From: an uncultured Actinomycetes bacterium
GTDB lineage: Bacteria; Actinomycetota; Acidimicrobiia; Spongiisociales; DATADW01
Reading direction: 5' to 3'
Length of the DNA: 64,000 nucleotides
Assembly: GCA_963780745.1 (NCBI GenBank)
Contig: CAWACT010000001.1
Location: 148,737-212,736, forward strand
How positions within the stretch are numbered: position 1 is the stretch's first letter; each line of letters opens with the position of its first letter. This document shows, piece after piece, positions 38,742 through 47,115 of the stretch. The notes below the pieces were generated by a model. The model did not search any database. It had not been told where the DNA came from and saw only the letters and a program-made list of their open reading frames with translations. The translations under genes were made by a program, and so were the position numbers.

Positions 38742-38903
38742 CGTGACGCCGCCGAGGTTGAAGCACCGCAGAGGAGTGTTGAGCGGACCACGCCGGAAGT
38801 ACCCGAGAAAGGCAGTTGTCGACGTCGAGACCCCGACGATCGTCCGCACCCCACTGGGTATCCCCTCGATGTAGACACCGGGGAACGTTGGCGTTACCGG
38901 CAT
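38742..38903 (-). pseudogene. contractile-tail (phage/eCIS-type) sheath protein remnant: first ~54 codons only
   Basis: ATG 38903 lies 6 nt after GGGAGG. MPVTPTFPGVYIEGIPSGVRTIVGVSTSTTAFLGYFRRGPLNTP matches the conserved sheath N-terminus (M--Y--PGVY[IV]EE--SG-r-I-GV-TS-aAFvG---rGP-n-P). The ORF then runs antisense into the neighbouring gene without further similarity. Confidence 0.5.
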
Positions 38904-39149
38904 TGGCGACCTCCCTCGGGATCGTGATCGGTATCAAGGTGCGGGCTGAACGAGTCATGCGCGGTCGAGGACCGCCACGGTGACCGGTCGTGGAAGCCGA
39001 GTTCCACGGACTATGTGATCCTCTCCGCCATAGTCATCCCCTCTTCAATGGCCGAACGGAGGGCCGACTCCCAGTGGAATCGGGTTGCGCGGCGAACCCT
39101 ACCCATTGTCGGGCGAGGCTGACCCGGAGCGTTCACTACCGTTCGCACG

Positions 39150-40526
39150 ATGTCTGCGCTGCCGCTTGGTAGCCGTCCCCAGACCCATTACGTCGAGACC
39201 CCACTCGGCTTCCTCGCCTACCAGGTCTTCGGCTCCGGCGAGCGCGACGTCATGTTCGTCAACGGCGGGATCTCCAACATCGACGCCGTCTGGGACGAGC
39301 CGTCGGCGGTCCGTTTCTACGACCGGCTCGCCAGCTTGGGTCGGGTCATCCAGTACGACATGCGGGGCTCCGGAGTGTCGGACCCCATACCGGGGAACAA
39401 CACGTGGCTCCCGCTCGAGGGCAACATGGACGACGTCCGAGCCGTGATGGACGCCGCCGGGTCCGACCGGGCGGTCGTCTACGGTGACACCGAGGGCGGA
39501 CTGTCGGCCATGATGCTCGCCGCCACCCACCCGGAGCGGGTCAGCGCCCTCATCCTGGTCAACGCCGTGCCGCGCATCCTGCGGGCCGACGACTACCCGA
39601 TCGGGGCGCCACACCATGTGGCCGATGCCCTATCCGAGCAGTACATCGCCCAGCACGGCACCACGGGTGACTTGTTGCGGCTAACGGCTCCAAGCGTCGC
39701 CGACGACCCGCGGTTTCGGGCGTGGTTTACGAGGTATCAGCGTCTGGCCAACTCGCACGGGTTGGTCAAACGCACGTTCGAGTGGTTCTACCAGGTAGAC
39801 GCCAGGGCGACGCTGCCTCTCATCCACGCACCCACCCTCGTCGTGGCCCGACGCGATGCCCGCTACCACCGGCCGGAGTACGGGGAGTACATCGCCCAGC
39901 ACATCGAGGGCGCCGAGCTGCGCCTGGTTGACGGCGCCGACACTCTCCCGTTCTTCGCCGGAGACTTCGGGCCGACCCTCGACCAAGTGGAGGAGTTCCT
40001 CACGGGCCGACGCGAGTCGACGCGCATCGAGCGTGTCCTCTCGACGGTGTTGTTCACCGACATCGTCGACTCCACGTCCAAGGCGGCCTCGCTCGGCGAC
40101 GAACGCTGGCTCGACCTTCGTGGCGAGCACGACCGCATCGTCCGCGCCCAAGTGGAGCGTTTCCGGGGTCGGGAAATCGGCATGACCGGCGACGGTTGCG
40201 TCGCCACCTTCGACGGACCGGCTCGTGCCATTCTCTGCGCGGTCGCCATAACCGAAGCGCTGTCCGCGATCGGTATCGCGGTGCGGGCAGGCATCCACAC
40301 CGGGGAAATCGAGGTAAGGAACGGCGAGGTCGGTGGTCTCGGGCTTCACATCGCCTCCCGGGTGATGGACCAGGCCAAACAAGGAGGCGTTCTCGTTTCG
40401 GCGACGGTGAAAGACCTGGTCGCCGGGTCGCAAATCGAATTCTCTTCCTTCGGTACTTTCGCGCTGAAGGGCGTGCCCGGAGAGTGGCAGCTCTACGAGG
40501 TAGGCGGCCTGGCTAGAGACTCTTGA
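39150..40526 (+). CDS. alpha/beta-hydrolase + class III adenylate/guanylate cyclase fusion (LipJ-like), paralogue of 3747..5150
   Basis: 458-aa intact ORF. Hydrolase part: ..QYDMRGSGVSD... Cyclase part: VLFTDIVDSTSKAASLGD, MTGDGCVATF, GIHTGEIEVRNGEVGGLGLHIASRV. Confidence 0.85.
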   Translation: MSALPLGSRPQTHYVETPLGFLAYQVFGSGERDVMFVNGGISNIDAVWDEPSAVRFYDRLASLGRVIQYDMRGSGVSDPIPGNNTWLPLEGNMDDVRAVMDAAGSDRAVVYGDTEGGLSAMMLAATHPERVSALILVNAVPRILRADDYPIGAPHHVADALSEQYIAQHGTTGDLLRLTAPSVADDPRFRAWFTRYQRLANSHGLVKRTFEWFYQVDARATLPLIHAPTLVVARRDARYHRPEYGEYIAQHIEGAELRLVDGADTLPFFAGDFGPTLDQVEEFLTGRRESTRIERVLSTVLFTDIVDSTSKAASLGDERWLDLRGEHDRIVRAQVERFRGREIGMTGDGCVATFDGPARAILCAVAITEALSAIGIAVRAGIHTGEIEVRNGEVGGLGLHIASRVMDQAKQGGVLVSATVKDLVAGSQIEFSSFGTFALKGVPGEWQLYEVGGLARDS

Positions 40527-40539
40527 CACCCGGTTGGGG

Positions 40540-40576
40540 GGAGGGGTGACAGTTGCGAGGAGGCATCACCCCCTCC
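40540..40576. terminator. GC-rich hairpin (GGAGGGGTGA-N16-TCACCCCCTCC) after the cyclase gene
   Basis: ~10-bp stem with one bulged C, starting 14 nt after the stop at 40526, between convergent genes. Confidence 0.45.
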
Positions 40577-40590
40577 TCTCGCTCCGCTCA

Positions 40591-40615
40591 CGCCTCCCCC
40601 TCACCGGGGGAGGCG
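40591..40615. terminator. GC-rich hairpin CGCCTCCCC(C)-TCACC-(G)GGGGAGGCG after the minus-strand gene
   Basis: 9-10-bp perfect stem read directly. It lies immediately 3' of the corrected stop (40617) of the prenyltransferase-like gene. Confidence 0.45.
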
Positions 40616-40623
40616 ATCACCTG

Positions 40624-41556
40624 CTACCTGCCCAATCCAGTACACGGATTGCGCGCAGTGGTGTTCCAGCGGCTGGGGAAGCCGTCAGGTCCTTCCATCT
40701 CGAAGTGCGTCGGGCCCTGGTGTGTGTTCTCCAGCGGCCATCGGCCGGTGACATCGCGCTTGGCTGCAACCAGGTCGATCGCCTCGACGGACCGATCGTC
40801 GAGCGCCGCGCCGGTCAACCGGAGGTAGTCCAGGCCGCGGAGCACGTCGTAGTACCAACGGATCGGAAACGAGAACATGGTGAATCTCGGGTCGATGATC
40901 TGCCCCGTCGAGCGAGCACGGAATAGACCTCGCTCAAGGAGGTACTCTTCGCCCCTCGAGCGAGCGGCCGCCACCGCCTCCGACGATCCCTCGGCGTGTT
41001 CCCACGCCAGAAGCCCCTCGAGCACACAAATCAGCGTGTGGAACGACGAAACCGTCGCCCCGTACTCGGTCCAGCAGTTCCAGCCCCCATCGTCGAGCTG
41101 CTCGCTGAGGAGGCGATCGACGATTCCGTCGACGGTCTCCCCGAAGTAGGCACCGTTGGCAAGTGCTATTCCGTTGATGCACGGCTCGGTCTCGCCGTCG
41201 AAATAGAGGGCGTCGTTGGCGTCCCACCTGACGTTCTCGCGAACCAGCGACAGGGCGTGGCGGGCCTCAGCGCTGTCGGGGTCCAGACCAAAGTCACGCA
41301 GAAGTTGAAGGGAGAAGTGTGTCGCCGTCCACACGTCGAAGAACGGCTTCGACTCATCGACCCAACCCGGCCGATAGGTACCGCCGTCCCACCTGCCGTC
41401 AGTTCCTTGAAGCACGAGTAGCTCTGCCCCCCAGCCCTCGACTGCGACGCGTTCACGCTGGGCAGTCACCACGTCCATTGGCTCGCCAGTCAGGTCGCGC
41501 ATCACCTGCCAACGAATCGCCGGATCCGAGTCGAGAAGCCAGTCCGTGACACTCAT
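40624..41556 (-). CDS. prenyltransferase/squalene-oxidase-repeat (terpenoid-cyclase-fold) family protein; last ~12 codons frame-shifted
   Basis: ATG 41556 (MSVTDWLLDSDPAIRW) in ORF 40624..41667, with repeats such as ..LQGTDGRWDGG.. and ..EQLDDGGWNCW... Dropping one A (~40650) changes the tail from ..SRWNTTARNPCTGLGR to ..SRWNTLRAIRVLDWAGSR, ending at TGA 40617-40619. Confidence 0.65.
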   Translation of the reverse strand: MSVTDWLLDSDPAIRWQVMRDLTGEPMDVVTAQRERVAVEGWGAELLVLQGTDGRWDGGTYRPGWVDESKPFFDVWTATHFSLQLLRDFGLDPDSAEARHALSLVRENVRWDANDALYFDGETEPCINGIALANGAYFGETVDGIVDRLLSEQLDDGGWNCWTEYGATVSSFHTLICVLEGLLAWEHAEGSSEAVAAARSRGEEYLLERGLFRARSTGQIIDPRFTMFSFPIRWYYDVLRGLDYLRLTGAALDDRSVEAIDLVAAKRDVTGRWPLENTHQGPTHFEMEGPDGFPSRWNTTARNPCTGLGR

Positions 41557-41775
41557 CGAGTCAAAGGTCCTTCCTCGTCTAGTCGATGGCATGCTGTCAG
41601 CGGTATTTGACCCTGGTCCGTACCCCGCTAGTTCACCGAAGCTGGTCGAAGTACTCGGCGGCGCCAACCCCGAGACGATAGGGTGTGCGGGGTTTGGAGC
41701 ACGACCCCGTCACTTCGTCGGGCTCGTGGGGGGACCGGTCCGTGACAAGCGCGCGCTAGCGGTAGAGGAATCCAG

Positions 41776-43368
41776 ATGTCCGAAGAAGCTGAGGGGAGCA
41801 GGCCCGGCGATATCCCGGTGTCCGACCGTGATCTGGGATTGGTCCCGGGTTTCTTGCGCCCGTCGGTTGACCTGGTGGCACGGCTCAAGACCACCGTACA
41901 TCTCAAGCTGCTTGCCGGTTTCCTCGTCATCGCCCTCCTGCTGCTTCTGATGGGGATCCTGAGCATCGTCGTGATCGCTCGGATGAACCAGCAGGTCGAC
42001 CAGTTGGTCGCCCTCCAGACGCAGACCGACCTGGCTCGCCAGGCCATCTACTCGGTCACGGCGCAGAGTCACCAACGCGCCATGGCGCTGATCACCGAGG
42101 TGGACTCTTGGAACGACTCGGTGGATGCCACCAAGGTCACCTTCGCTGAGGTTGTCGATCAGATCGATGCGCTCGGTGCGCCGATCGATCCCGGAGTCAC
42201 CGATCGCCTTCGCAGCATCGACGTCCGCTTTACCGCCGCCGGAGAAGAGGTACGGGCGCTATACGAGGCGGGAGATCTGGACCAGGCACTCGACGTCCAT
42301 ATCAATGCCGAGCACGCAATCTCCCATGAGCTTGAGACCGAGCTCAAGGCGCTAATCGATGCTTCCTCCCAGCGGATGGCGGCGCAGCTGGACAACTTTC
42401 GAGACAACCGCCAGCTGCTCACCATCGTCGTCGCCATCTTCGCCGCGGTGAGCCTGCTGACCGCCCTCGCCCTCGGGGCGGTCCTCTCCTGGTCGGTGAT
42501 CCGTCCCGTCCGCAAGATCGATGTGGCGCTGGCCCGGATCGCCGACGGCGACTTCGACCAACAAGTCGACGTACCAAACCGCGACGAGTTCGGCCGGCTC
42601 ACCACGAACCTCAACCGGACGAGCTCCCGGCTGGCCACCCTGTACAACGAGCTGACCGCGCTCAACCAGGATCTGGAGAAGACCATCGAGGAGCAGCTCA
42701 ACCAGCTGCGCCGCAGCGAGGAGCTGCGCCGCTACGTCTCGCCCCAGGTTGCCGACGCCATCCTCACCGAGGGGTCGCGGGTGACCCTCACTCCCACCAG
42801 GCGCAACCTCTCGATTCTGGTATCAGACATCCGTGGGTTCACCGAGATGTCCGAGCGCATGGAGCCCGAGGAGTTGGTCGACGCCCTCAACCAGTATTTC
42901 GGGGCCATGACCGACGTCGTCTTCAGCAACGGGGGGACCCTGGACAAGTACCTGGGGGATGGGATCCTCGCCTTCTTCGGTGACCCCATCCCATTCGAGG
43001 ACCACGCCGAGCGGGCGGTCGCCTCCGCCTTCGAGATGCAGCGAGGTCTCGACCGGCTCCGGGACATGTGGATGGTCCAATACGAGGAGGACCTGACCAT
43101 CGGGATCGGTATCAGCACCGGTTATGTCACCGTGGGCAACATCGGGTCCTCGAACCGGATCGAGTACACCGTCATCGGCAACCACGTCAACGTTGCCTCA
43201 CGGTTGGCGATGGTGGCGTCGGCGGGTCAGGTCCTGGTCACCGATCGGACCTTGGCCCCGATGCGCAACCTGGTCGAAGCCACCGAGGTGGAGACACTGA
43301 CTTTGAAAGGCGTCCAGCGACCGATCCGGGTCTTCGACATCGTCGAGAAGGCGGCGGCCGACGTCTGA
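41776..43368 (+). CDS. membrane receptor-type class III adenylate/guanylate cyclase (2 TM sensor + HAMP + cyclase)
   Basis: 530-aa intact ORF. TM1 is LLAGFLVIALLLLLMGILSIVVIA and TM2 is LLTIVVAIFAAVSLLTALALGAVL. HAMP region: ..IRPVRKIDVALARIADGDFDQQVDVPNRDEFGRL... Cyclase part: ILVSDIRGFTEMSE, KYLGDGILAFFG, GISTGYVTVGNIGS..YTVIGNHVNVASRL. Confidence 0.9.
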   Translation: MSEEAEGSRPGDIPVSDRDLGLVPGFLRPSVDLVARLKTTVHLKLLAGFLVIALLLLLMGILSIVVIARMNQQVDQLVALQTQTDLARQAIYSVTAQSHQRAMALITEVDSWNDSVDATKVTFAEVVDQIDALGAPIDPGVTDRLRSIDVRFTAAGEEVRALYEAGDLDQALDVHINAEHAISHELETELKALIDASSQRMAAQLDNFRDNRQLLTIVVAIFAAVSLLTALALGAVLSWSVIRPVRKIDVALARIADGDFDQQVDVPNRDEFGRLTTNLNRTSSRLATLYNELTALNQDLEKTIEEQLNQLRRSEELRRYVSPQVADAILTEGSRVTLTPTRRNLSILVSDIRGFTEMSERMEPEELVDALNQYFGAMTDVVFSNGGTLDKYLGDGILAFFGDPIPFEDHAERAVASAFEMQRGLDRLRDMWMVQYEEDLTIGIGISTGYVTVGNIGSSNRIEYTVIGNHVNVASRLAMVASAGQVLVTDRTLAPMRNLVEATEVETLTLKGVQRPIRVFDIVEKAAADV

Positions 43369-43431
43369 GCCGCGATTCTGAGGACAGAACGGCGCGCTGG
43401 GGCGCATATCGCCCATGCCCATCGCCACTAC

Positions 43432-44305
43432 TCAAGAGGTCCGGCTGAGCCTCATCTCTTCCCCGAGCCGGGCCAGCTTGTGTGGGTTGCGGACCGCGTA
43501 GATCCGGGAGATCCGCCCGTCTTCGATGACCAGGCTGACCGCGGTGTCGAGCTCACCGTCGATGTCGATCCACACCGCGGGCGCCCCGTTGAGCCACACG
43601 ATCCTGACGTCGGCACGCGGGGCGATCCGGGCGAAGCCGGACAGGAATTCGACGACCCGGTCTGCGCCCTCGATCGGGTGGCGGGCCGCGGCGACGCTGA
43701 CCGCCTCCGTCGGCGACCAGCACCACGTCGGGGGCGAGCACCTCGAGCAGACCCTGGATGTCACCCGAGTTGAGTATCGCCAGGAACCGCTCCACCGCTG
43801 CCCGCTGCTCGGCCGGGCTCACCTGCACCCGTGGTCGCCGCGCCGCCACGTGCTCGCGGGCGCGGTGGTTGATCTGACGCACCGCGGCCGATGTCTTGCC
43901 CACGGCCTCCGCGATCTCGTCGTACGGCGTGTCGAAGACCTCGCGCAGCACGAACACCGCGCGCTCAGTGGGTTCGAGGGTCTCCAACACGGTGAGCATC
44001 GCCATCGAGACGCTCTCGGCGAGCACCACGTCGTCGGCGACGTCGGGGCTGGTCAGCAGCGGCTCGGGCAGCCACTCCCCCACGTAGTCCTCCCGCCGGC
44101 GGGCCAGCGTGCGCAGCCGGTTGAGCGCCTGCCGGGTGACGACCCGCACCAGGTAGGCGCGCGGGTCGCGCACCTCGGCCTGGTCGACGTCGTCCCACCG
44201 CAGCCAGGTCTCCTGCACGACGTCCTCGGCGTCGGCCGCCGAGCCGAGCATCTCGTAGGCGACCGTGAAGAGCAGGCTGCGGTGGGTGACGAACGGGTCG
44301 GTCAC
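43432..44305 (-). pseudogene. ECF sigma factor of the SigJ type (sigma-70 regions 2/4 + SnoaL-like C-terminal domain), one frame change
   Basis: GTG 44305 overlaps the upstream stop (GTGA). VTDPFVTHRSLLFTVAYEMLGSAADAEDVVQETWLRW... and ..LEPTERAVFVLREVFDTPYDEIAEAVGKTSAAVRQINHRAREHV.. are followed by ..APDVVLVADGGG. After dropping one C (~43700) this continues as SVAAARHPIEGADRVVEFLSGFARI...IYAVRNPHKL (ORF 43432..43764). Confidence 0.8.
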
Positions 44306-44896
44306 GAAGCCGAAGCTACGTTCCGCGACGGCTCTGCCAGCGGCTTCAGCCCGCAGGCCGCGGCGAACCCCTGCGCTTCGATGCCGAAGGCGACGTTGGT
44401 CCGGGTGTACACGTTGCGCGAGCGCGATGAAGGCGGACAGTTCCACCAGCGCCGGCGCACCGAGCGCCTTCAGCAGCCGCGCCGACAGCTCGTCGGTGAC
44501 CGTCGGCGGGGTCTGGCTCATCGCCTCGGCGTACTCCATCACATCCCGTTCCAGCGGGGTGAAGACGTCGGACTCACGCCACCGCGGCACCTCGCGGGCC
44601 TTTGCCTCGTCGAGGCCCTCGTTGTGCGCCGTGAAGTACCCGAAGTCCAGGCACCAGGTGCAGCCGACCAGCGAAGCGACCGCCATGTGGGCGAACGACT
44701 TCAGGTTCTCGTCGCACTCGTGCCATTTCTTGGACTTCTGACCGAGGCCGAAGGCGAACTTGAGCACTTGGGGGTTGTGCCAGTACACCCCCACGGCCTC
44801 GGGCACGTCGCCGAGCATCTTCTTGCTGAACCGCTTCACCATCGCCCCGTAGAGGCCGGTGATCTCGGCCTTCGGGATCCGGGTGTTGCTGGCCAT
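44302..44896 (-). pseudogene. carboxymuconolactone decarboxylase (AhpD-like) family protein, one frame change
   Basis: ATG 44896 after GGAGGACAC. Motifs: ..HMAVASLVGCTWCLDFGYF.. (CxxC-type context) and ..VFTPLERDVMEYAEAM... Dropping one C in GCGCAACGTG (~44430) gives ..SAFIALANVYTRTNVAFGIEAQGF..., ending at TGA 44302-44304. As listed, the ORF falsely fuses this gene to the sigma gene. Confidence 0.75.
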
Positions 44897-44973
44897 GTGT
44901 CCTCCTGTCGTCGGTTAGACATTGAGACACCGGCCAGGGCCCGGTTGTGACACGCGGTCAGTCGGGACCGCAA

Positions 44974-45453
44974 TCAGACATAGAAACCGTCGCGCAGCGT
45001 GATCCCATCCTCCAGCCAGGCCTTCATGCAGCACAGTGCCTGGGTCCATCCTTCGCAGTTGCCGTAGGAGGCCTTCAATCCCTCCTCGGTCGGGCGCCAG
45101 CCCTCCTCGGCGATGCTCACCAGCGTGCGGCCGTCGTCAAGCGGCTCGAACTCAATGGTCACGGTCGTCTTGTAAGCGGCGGGTTCCGCGGCAGCCGCAT
45201 TTTCGTCTGGCTCACCCTCGGCTGCGTCCCATCGCAGGACGATCCGTCGATCGTTCTCCACTTCGACGACCTCCACGGGGAAGGCGCCCGGAAAGTCAGC
45301 GAAATCCCAGTACACCGTCGCTCCGGTCTCGAGGCGACCCTTGGCGCCGCCGGTCGTGAAGTAATTGGAGAGCTGTCCGGGATCGGCGACAGCCTCGAAC
45401 ACCTCGTGAAGCGGCCGAGCGATGCGCCCTGAGACTTTGAAACGCAGTTCCAT
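44974..45453 (-). CDS. SRPBCC superfamily, AHSA1 (Aha1-like) domain protein
   Basis: ATG 45453 (MELRFKVSGRIARPLHEVFEAV) lies 7 nt after GGAGGAGG. The tail ..YGNCEGWTQALCCMKAWLE.. is typical of this family. It is divergent from an ArsR gene. Confidence 0.75.
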   Translation of the reverse strand: MELRFKVSGRIARPLHEVFEAVADPGQLSNYFTTGGAKGRLETGATVYWDFADFPGAFPVEVVEVENDRRIVLRWDAAEGEPDENAAAAEPAAYKTTVTIEFEPLDDGRTLVSIAEEGWRPTEEGLKASYGNCEGWTQALCCMKAWLEDGITLRDGFYV

Positions 45454-45486
45454 CGATGTTCCTCCTCCTTGTCTCTGCTTCATGTT

Positions 45487-45506
45487 ATGTTATAGAAATA
45501 TAACAT
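45487..45506. promoter_or_regulatory. 20-bp AT-rich palindrome ATGTTATA-GAAA-TATAACAT overlapping the ArsR start codon
   Basis: Perfect 8+8 inverted repeat in the 51-nt gap between divergent genes. It is an AT island in a GC-rich context. Confidence 0.6.
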
Positions 45507-45873
45507 GTCAACCGACTTCGACGAGGACAAGGTCTTCAAGGCGCTGGCCGCCCCGACTCGGCGTCGGATTCTCGACGGCCTGAAAGACCGGCCCCGCACC
45601 ACGGGCGAGCTCTGTGCGGAGTTTCCCGATTTAGACCGGTGCACCGTCATGCAGCATCTACGTGTGTTGCAGGAGGCCGACCTGGTAATCGCGCAGAGGA
45701 ACGGCCGGCGGCGATGGAACCATCTCAACCCTCTGCCGATCAAGGCGATCCACGATCGCTGGATCAGTGGCTATGCCACCTTCGCGGTCGACATGCTCGC
45801 CAGGTTGAAGTCCGACCTCGAGGCGGCACCCGGCGACCCGCCCAACACGGCGAGTCGCGCACCACACGGTTGA
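45505..45873 (+). CDS. ArsR/SmtB-family transcriptional regulator
   Basis: 122-aa ORF with wHTH ..FKALAAPTRRRILDGLKDRPRTTGELCAEFPDLDRCTVMQHLRVLQEADLV... Confidence 0.85.
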   Translation: MSTDFDEDKVFKALAAPTRRRILDGLKDRPRTTGELCAEFPDLDRCTVMQHLRVLQEADLVIAQRNGRRRWNHLNPLPIKAIHDRWISGYATFAVDMLARLKSDLEAAPGDPPNTASRAPHG

Positions 45874-45939
45874 GGTTTCTACGGCAAGACCGGTCGCCTT
45901 TGCCGCGACCAGCACCCCCCCAGTTTCGATAGTCCCGGC

Positions 45940-46020
45940 ATGGTCTCCCCGGAGCTGGAGGCGTGGATACGCGAACACGCCGAAGAGCCCCGGGAGATGG
46001 TCATGGGGCGGCGTACGTAC
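45940..46020 (+). pseudogene. possible RibD_C/dihydrofolate-reductase-family fragment (~27 codons)
   Basis: ..SPELEAWIREHAEEPREMVMGRRTYE resembles the '--d-llLGRrTYE' segment of that family. The reading then degenerates where the 187-bp repeat begins. Weak. Confidence 0.25.
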
Positions 46021-46043
46021 GAGTGCCTACCCAGTACGCCACG

Positions 46044-46230
46044 TCGTCTGCTCTTGCTGAACGTTTTCTTGCTCGCCGGGGTTTATTGGGTAGCGCCTGG
46101 GGAGGGTGATGGAGGACCTAGCGGTGAGCGCCGATGTGGTGCGGTTGAGCCAGACCAACTTCGCCGATTTCTTTCGGCATCGTCGGGAGCCGGTGTTTCG
46201 TGCCCTTGCTTTGGTCTTGCGAAACGAGGA
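46044..46230 (+). repeat. 187-bp direct repeat, copy 1 (promoter + first 42 codons of an ECF sigma gene)
   Basis: Ungapped hand alignment to 47871-48057 gives 173/187 identical positions. Confidence 0.9.
46058..46083 (+). promoter_or_regulatory. ECF-type promoter candidate TGAAC-N18-GTT (copy 1)
   Basis: TGAAC at 46058-62 and GTT at 46081-83. The motif is conserved in both repeat copies, ~25 nt upstream of the start codon, and is similar to the GGAAC-N16-17-GTT class of autoregulated ECF promoters. Confidence 0.45.
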
Positions 46231-46237
46231 AGTGTGA
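46109..46237 (+). pseudogene. ECF sigma factor stub (42 codons, region 2.1 only)
   Basis: MEDLAVSADVVRLSQTNFADFFRHRREPVFRALALVLRNEEV-stop, compared with the full-length paralogue MEDLAASADVARLTQTNFADFYRHRREPVFRALALTLRNEDLAAD... Confidence 0.8.
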
Positions 46238-46369
46238 CATGGGAGTCGATATCGAACTGAGAGTTTGGCGGGCGAATCTGATCGCCCAGAACCACCAGCT
46301 TGAGCAACTGTTCGATGACGACCTGAGCGCATCTCCTCCTCGACTTCTACGCCAAAAAGGGAGTGTCGT

Positions 46370-47077
46370 ATGCCTGATATGACAGGGCGGCAGCAATCGC
46401 CAGTCGAAGTGACCTCACCCGGTGAGTCCACCGCACTAGACCAAGGACAAGAATCCACGAGGAAGGAAAAGCGACCTTTACGCCCTTGGGCTCTGGCCAC
46501 GTTGGGGGTACTGGCGGCGGCCGGGATCGGATGGGCGATCGTGGCCGCCGGTGATGAGCCGGATGCAGCCGCGCCGCTCGACACCGCCGAGAGCTTCATG
46601 AATGCTCTCAACGCACACGACGTCGACGCCATGCTGGCCTTCACCGAAGAGGAGGTACTTGCCAGTCAGACCGATGCCCGGACCATCGAGTGGTTCCGCT
46701 CGGAGATCGAGCAGGAGGGAGTGCTGGGATGGACCTACCACTTCACCTGCGACATCGCCGATGCGGGCGCGGAGGCGACGGTCGTTCGATGCCCTTACTC
46801 GTTCACGAACCACATAACCGAGGTGTTCGGCCTCGACCCCTATGAGGGGAGCGACGTCACCGTGCGTATCGCCGACGGTGAAGTGACCTCTTATCAGAAC
46901 AATGAGTACGGCGATGAGTGGGAGGATGGGGGACTCGATATGTTCTACGTCTGGGCGATCGCCAACCACCCCGATGACTTCGACGGCGCCTATTACAACT
47001 ACAGGGGTGATCTCAATCTGGACGTCTGGAAGAAGTACATCCCGTTGCTCCTCGCCAGCGAGGAGGCCGCCGGCTGA
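46370..47077 (+). CDS. membrane-anchored NTF2/SnoaL-like domain protein
   Basis: 235-aa ORF; ATG 46370 follows GGGAG. TM segment WALATLGVLAAAGIGWAIVAAG, then ..AESFMNALNAHDVDAMLAFTEEEV... The 5' part is of lower GC. Confidence 0.6.
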   Translation: MPDMTGRQQSPVEVTSPGESTALDQGQESTRKEKRPLRPWALATLGVLAAAGIGWAIVAAGDEPDAAAPLDTAESFMNALNAHDVDAMLAFTEEEVLASQTDARTIEWFRSEIEQEGVLGWTYHFTCDIADAGAEATVVRCPYSFTNHITEVFGLDPYEGSDVTVRIADGEVTSYQNNEYGDEWEDGGLDMFYVWAIANHPDDFDGAYYNYRGDLNLDVWKKYIPLLLASEEAAG

Positions 47078-47115
47078 CGAACACGGCCGAAAAGTCTTGT
47101 CTGTAAGGAGGAGAA

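Noticed and set aside
39150-43368. The cyclases read as a Pycsar/CBASS-like antiphage signalling system.
   Set aside because: No adjacent effector is present (TIR, patatin, a TM protein with a cNMP-binding domain, or a nuclease). The architectures match housekeeping mycobacterial-type signalling cyclases (LipJ-like, HAMP-receptor, Rv1264-like). The gene between them is a prenyltransferase-repeat protein with no known effector role.
45923-45939. An exact 17-mer, GTTTCGATAGTCCCGGC, also present at 49317-49333, brackets the two ECF sigma modules. It looked like att-type direct repeats or a tRNA 3' fragment.
   Set aside because: With ~2/3 GC, my rough expectation is about one chance 17-mer match among all pairs in 64 kb. 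Similarity does not extend beyond the 17 nt. I could not fold a tRNA T-arm/acceptor from it, and there is no integrase nearby.
46239-46382. A 47-codon ORF (MGVDIELRVWRANLIAQNHQLEQLFDDD...) between the sigma stub and the NTF2-like gene, considered as a possible small regulatory protein or anti-sigma.
   Set aside because: It has no recognisable motif and no convincing ribosome-binding site. It lies in the lower-GC junction sequence. I kept it only as context for the duplication finding.
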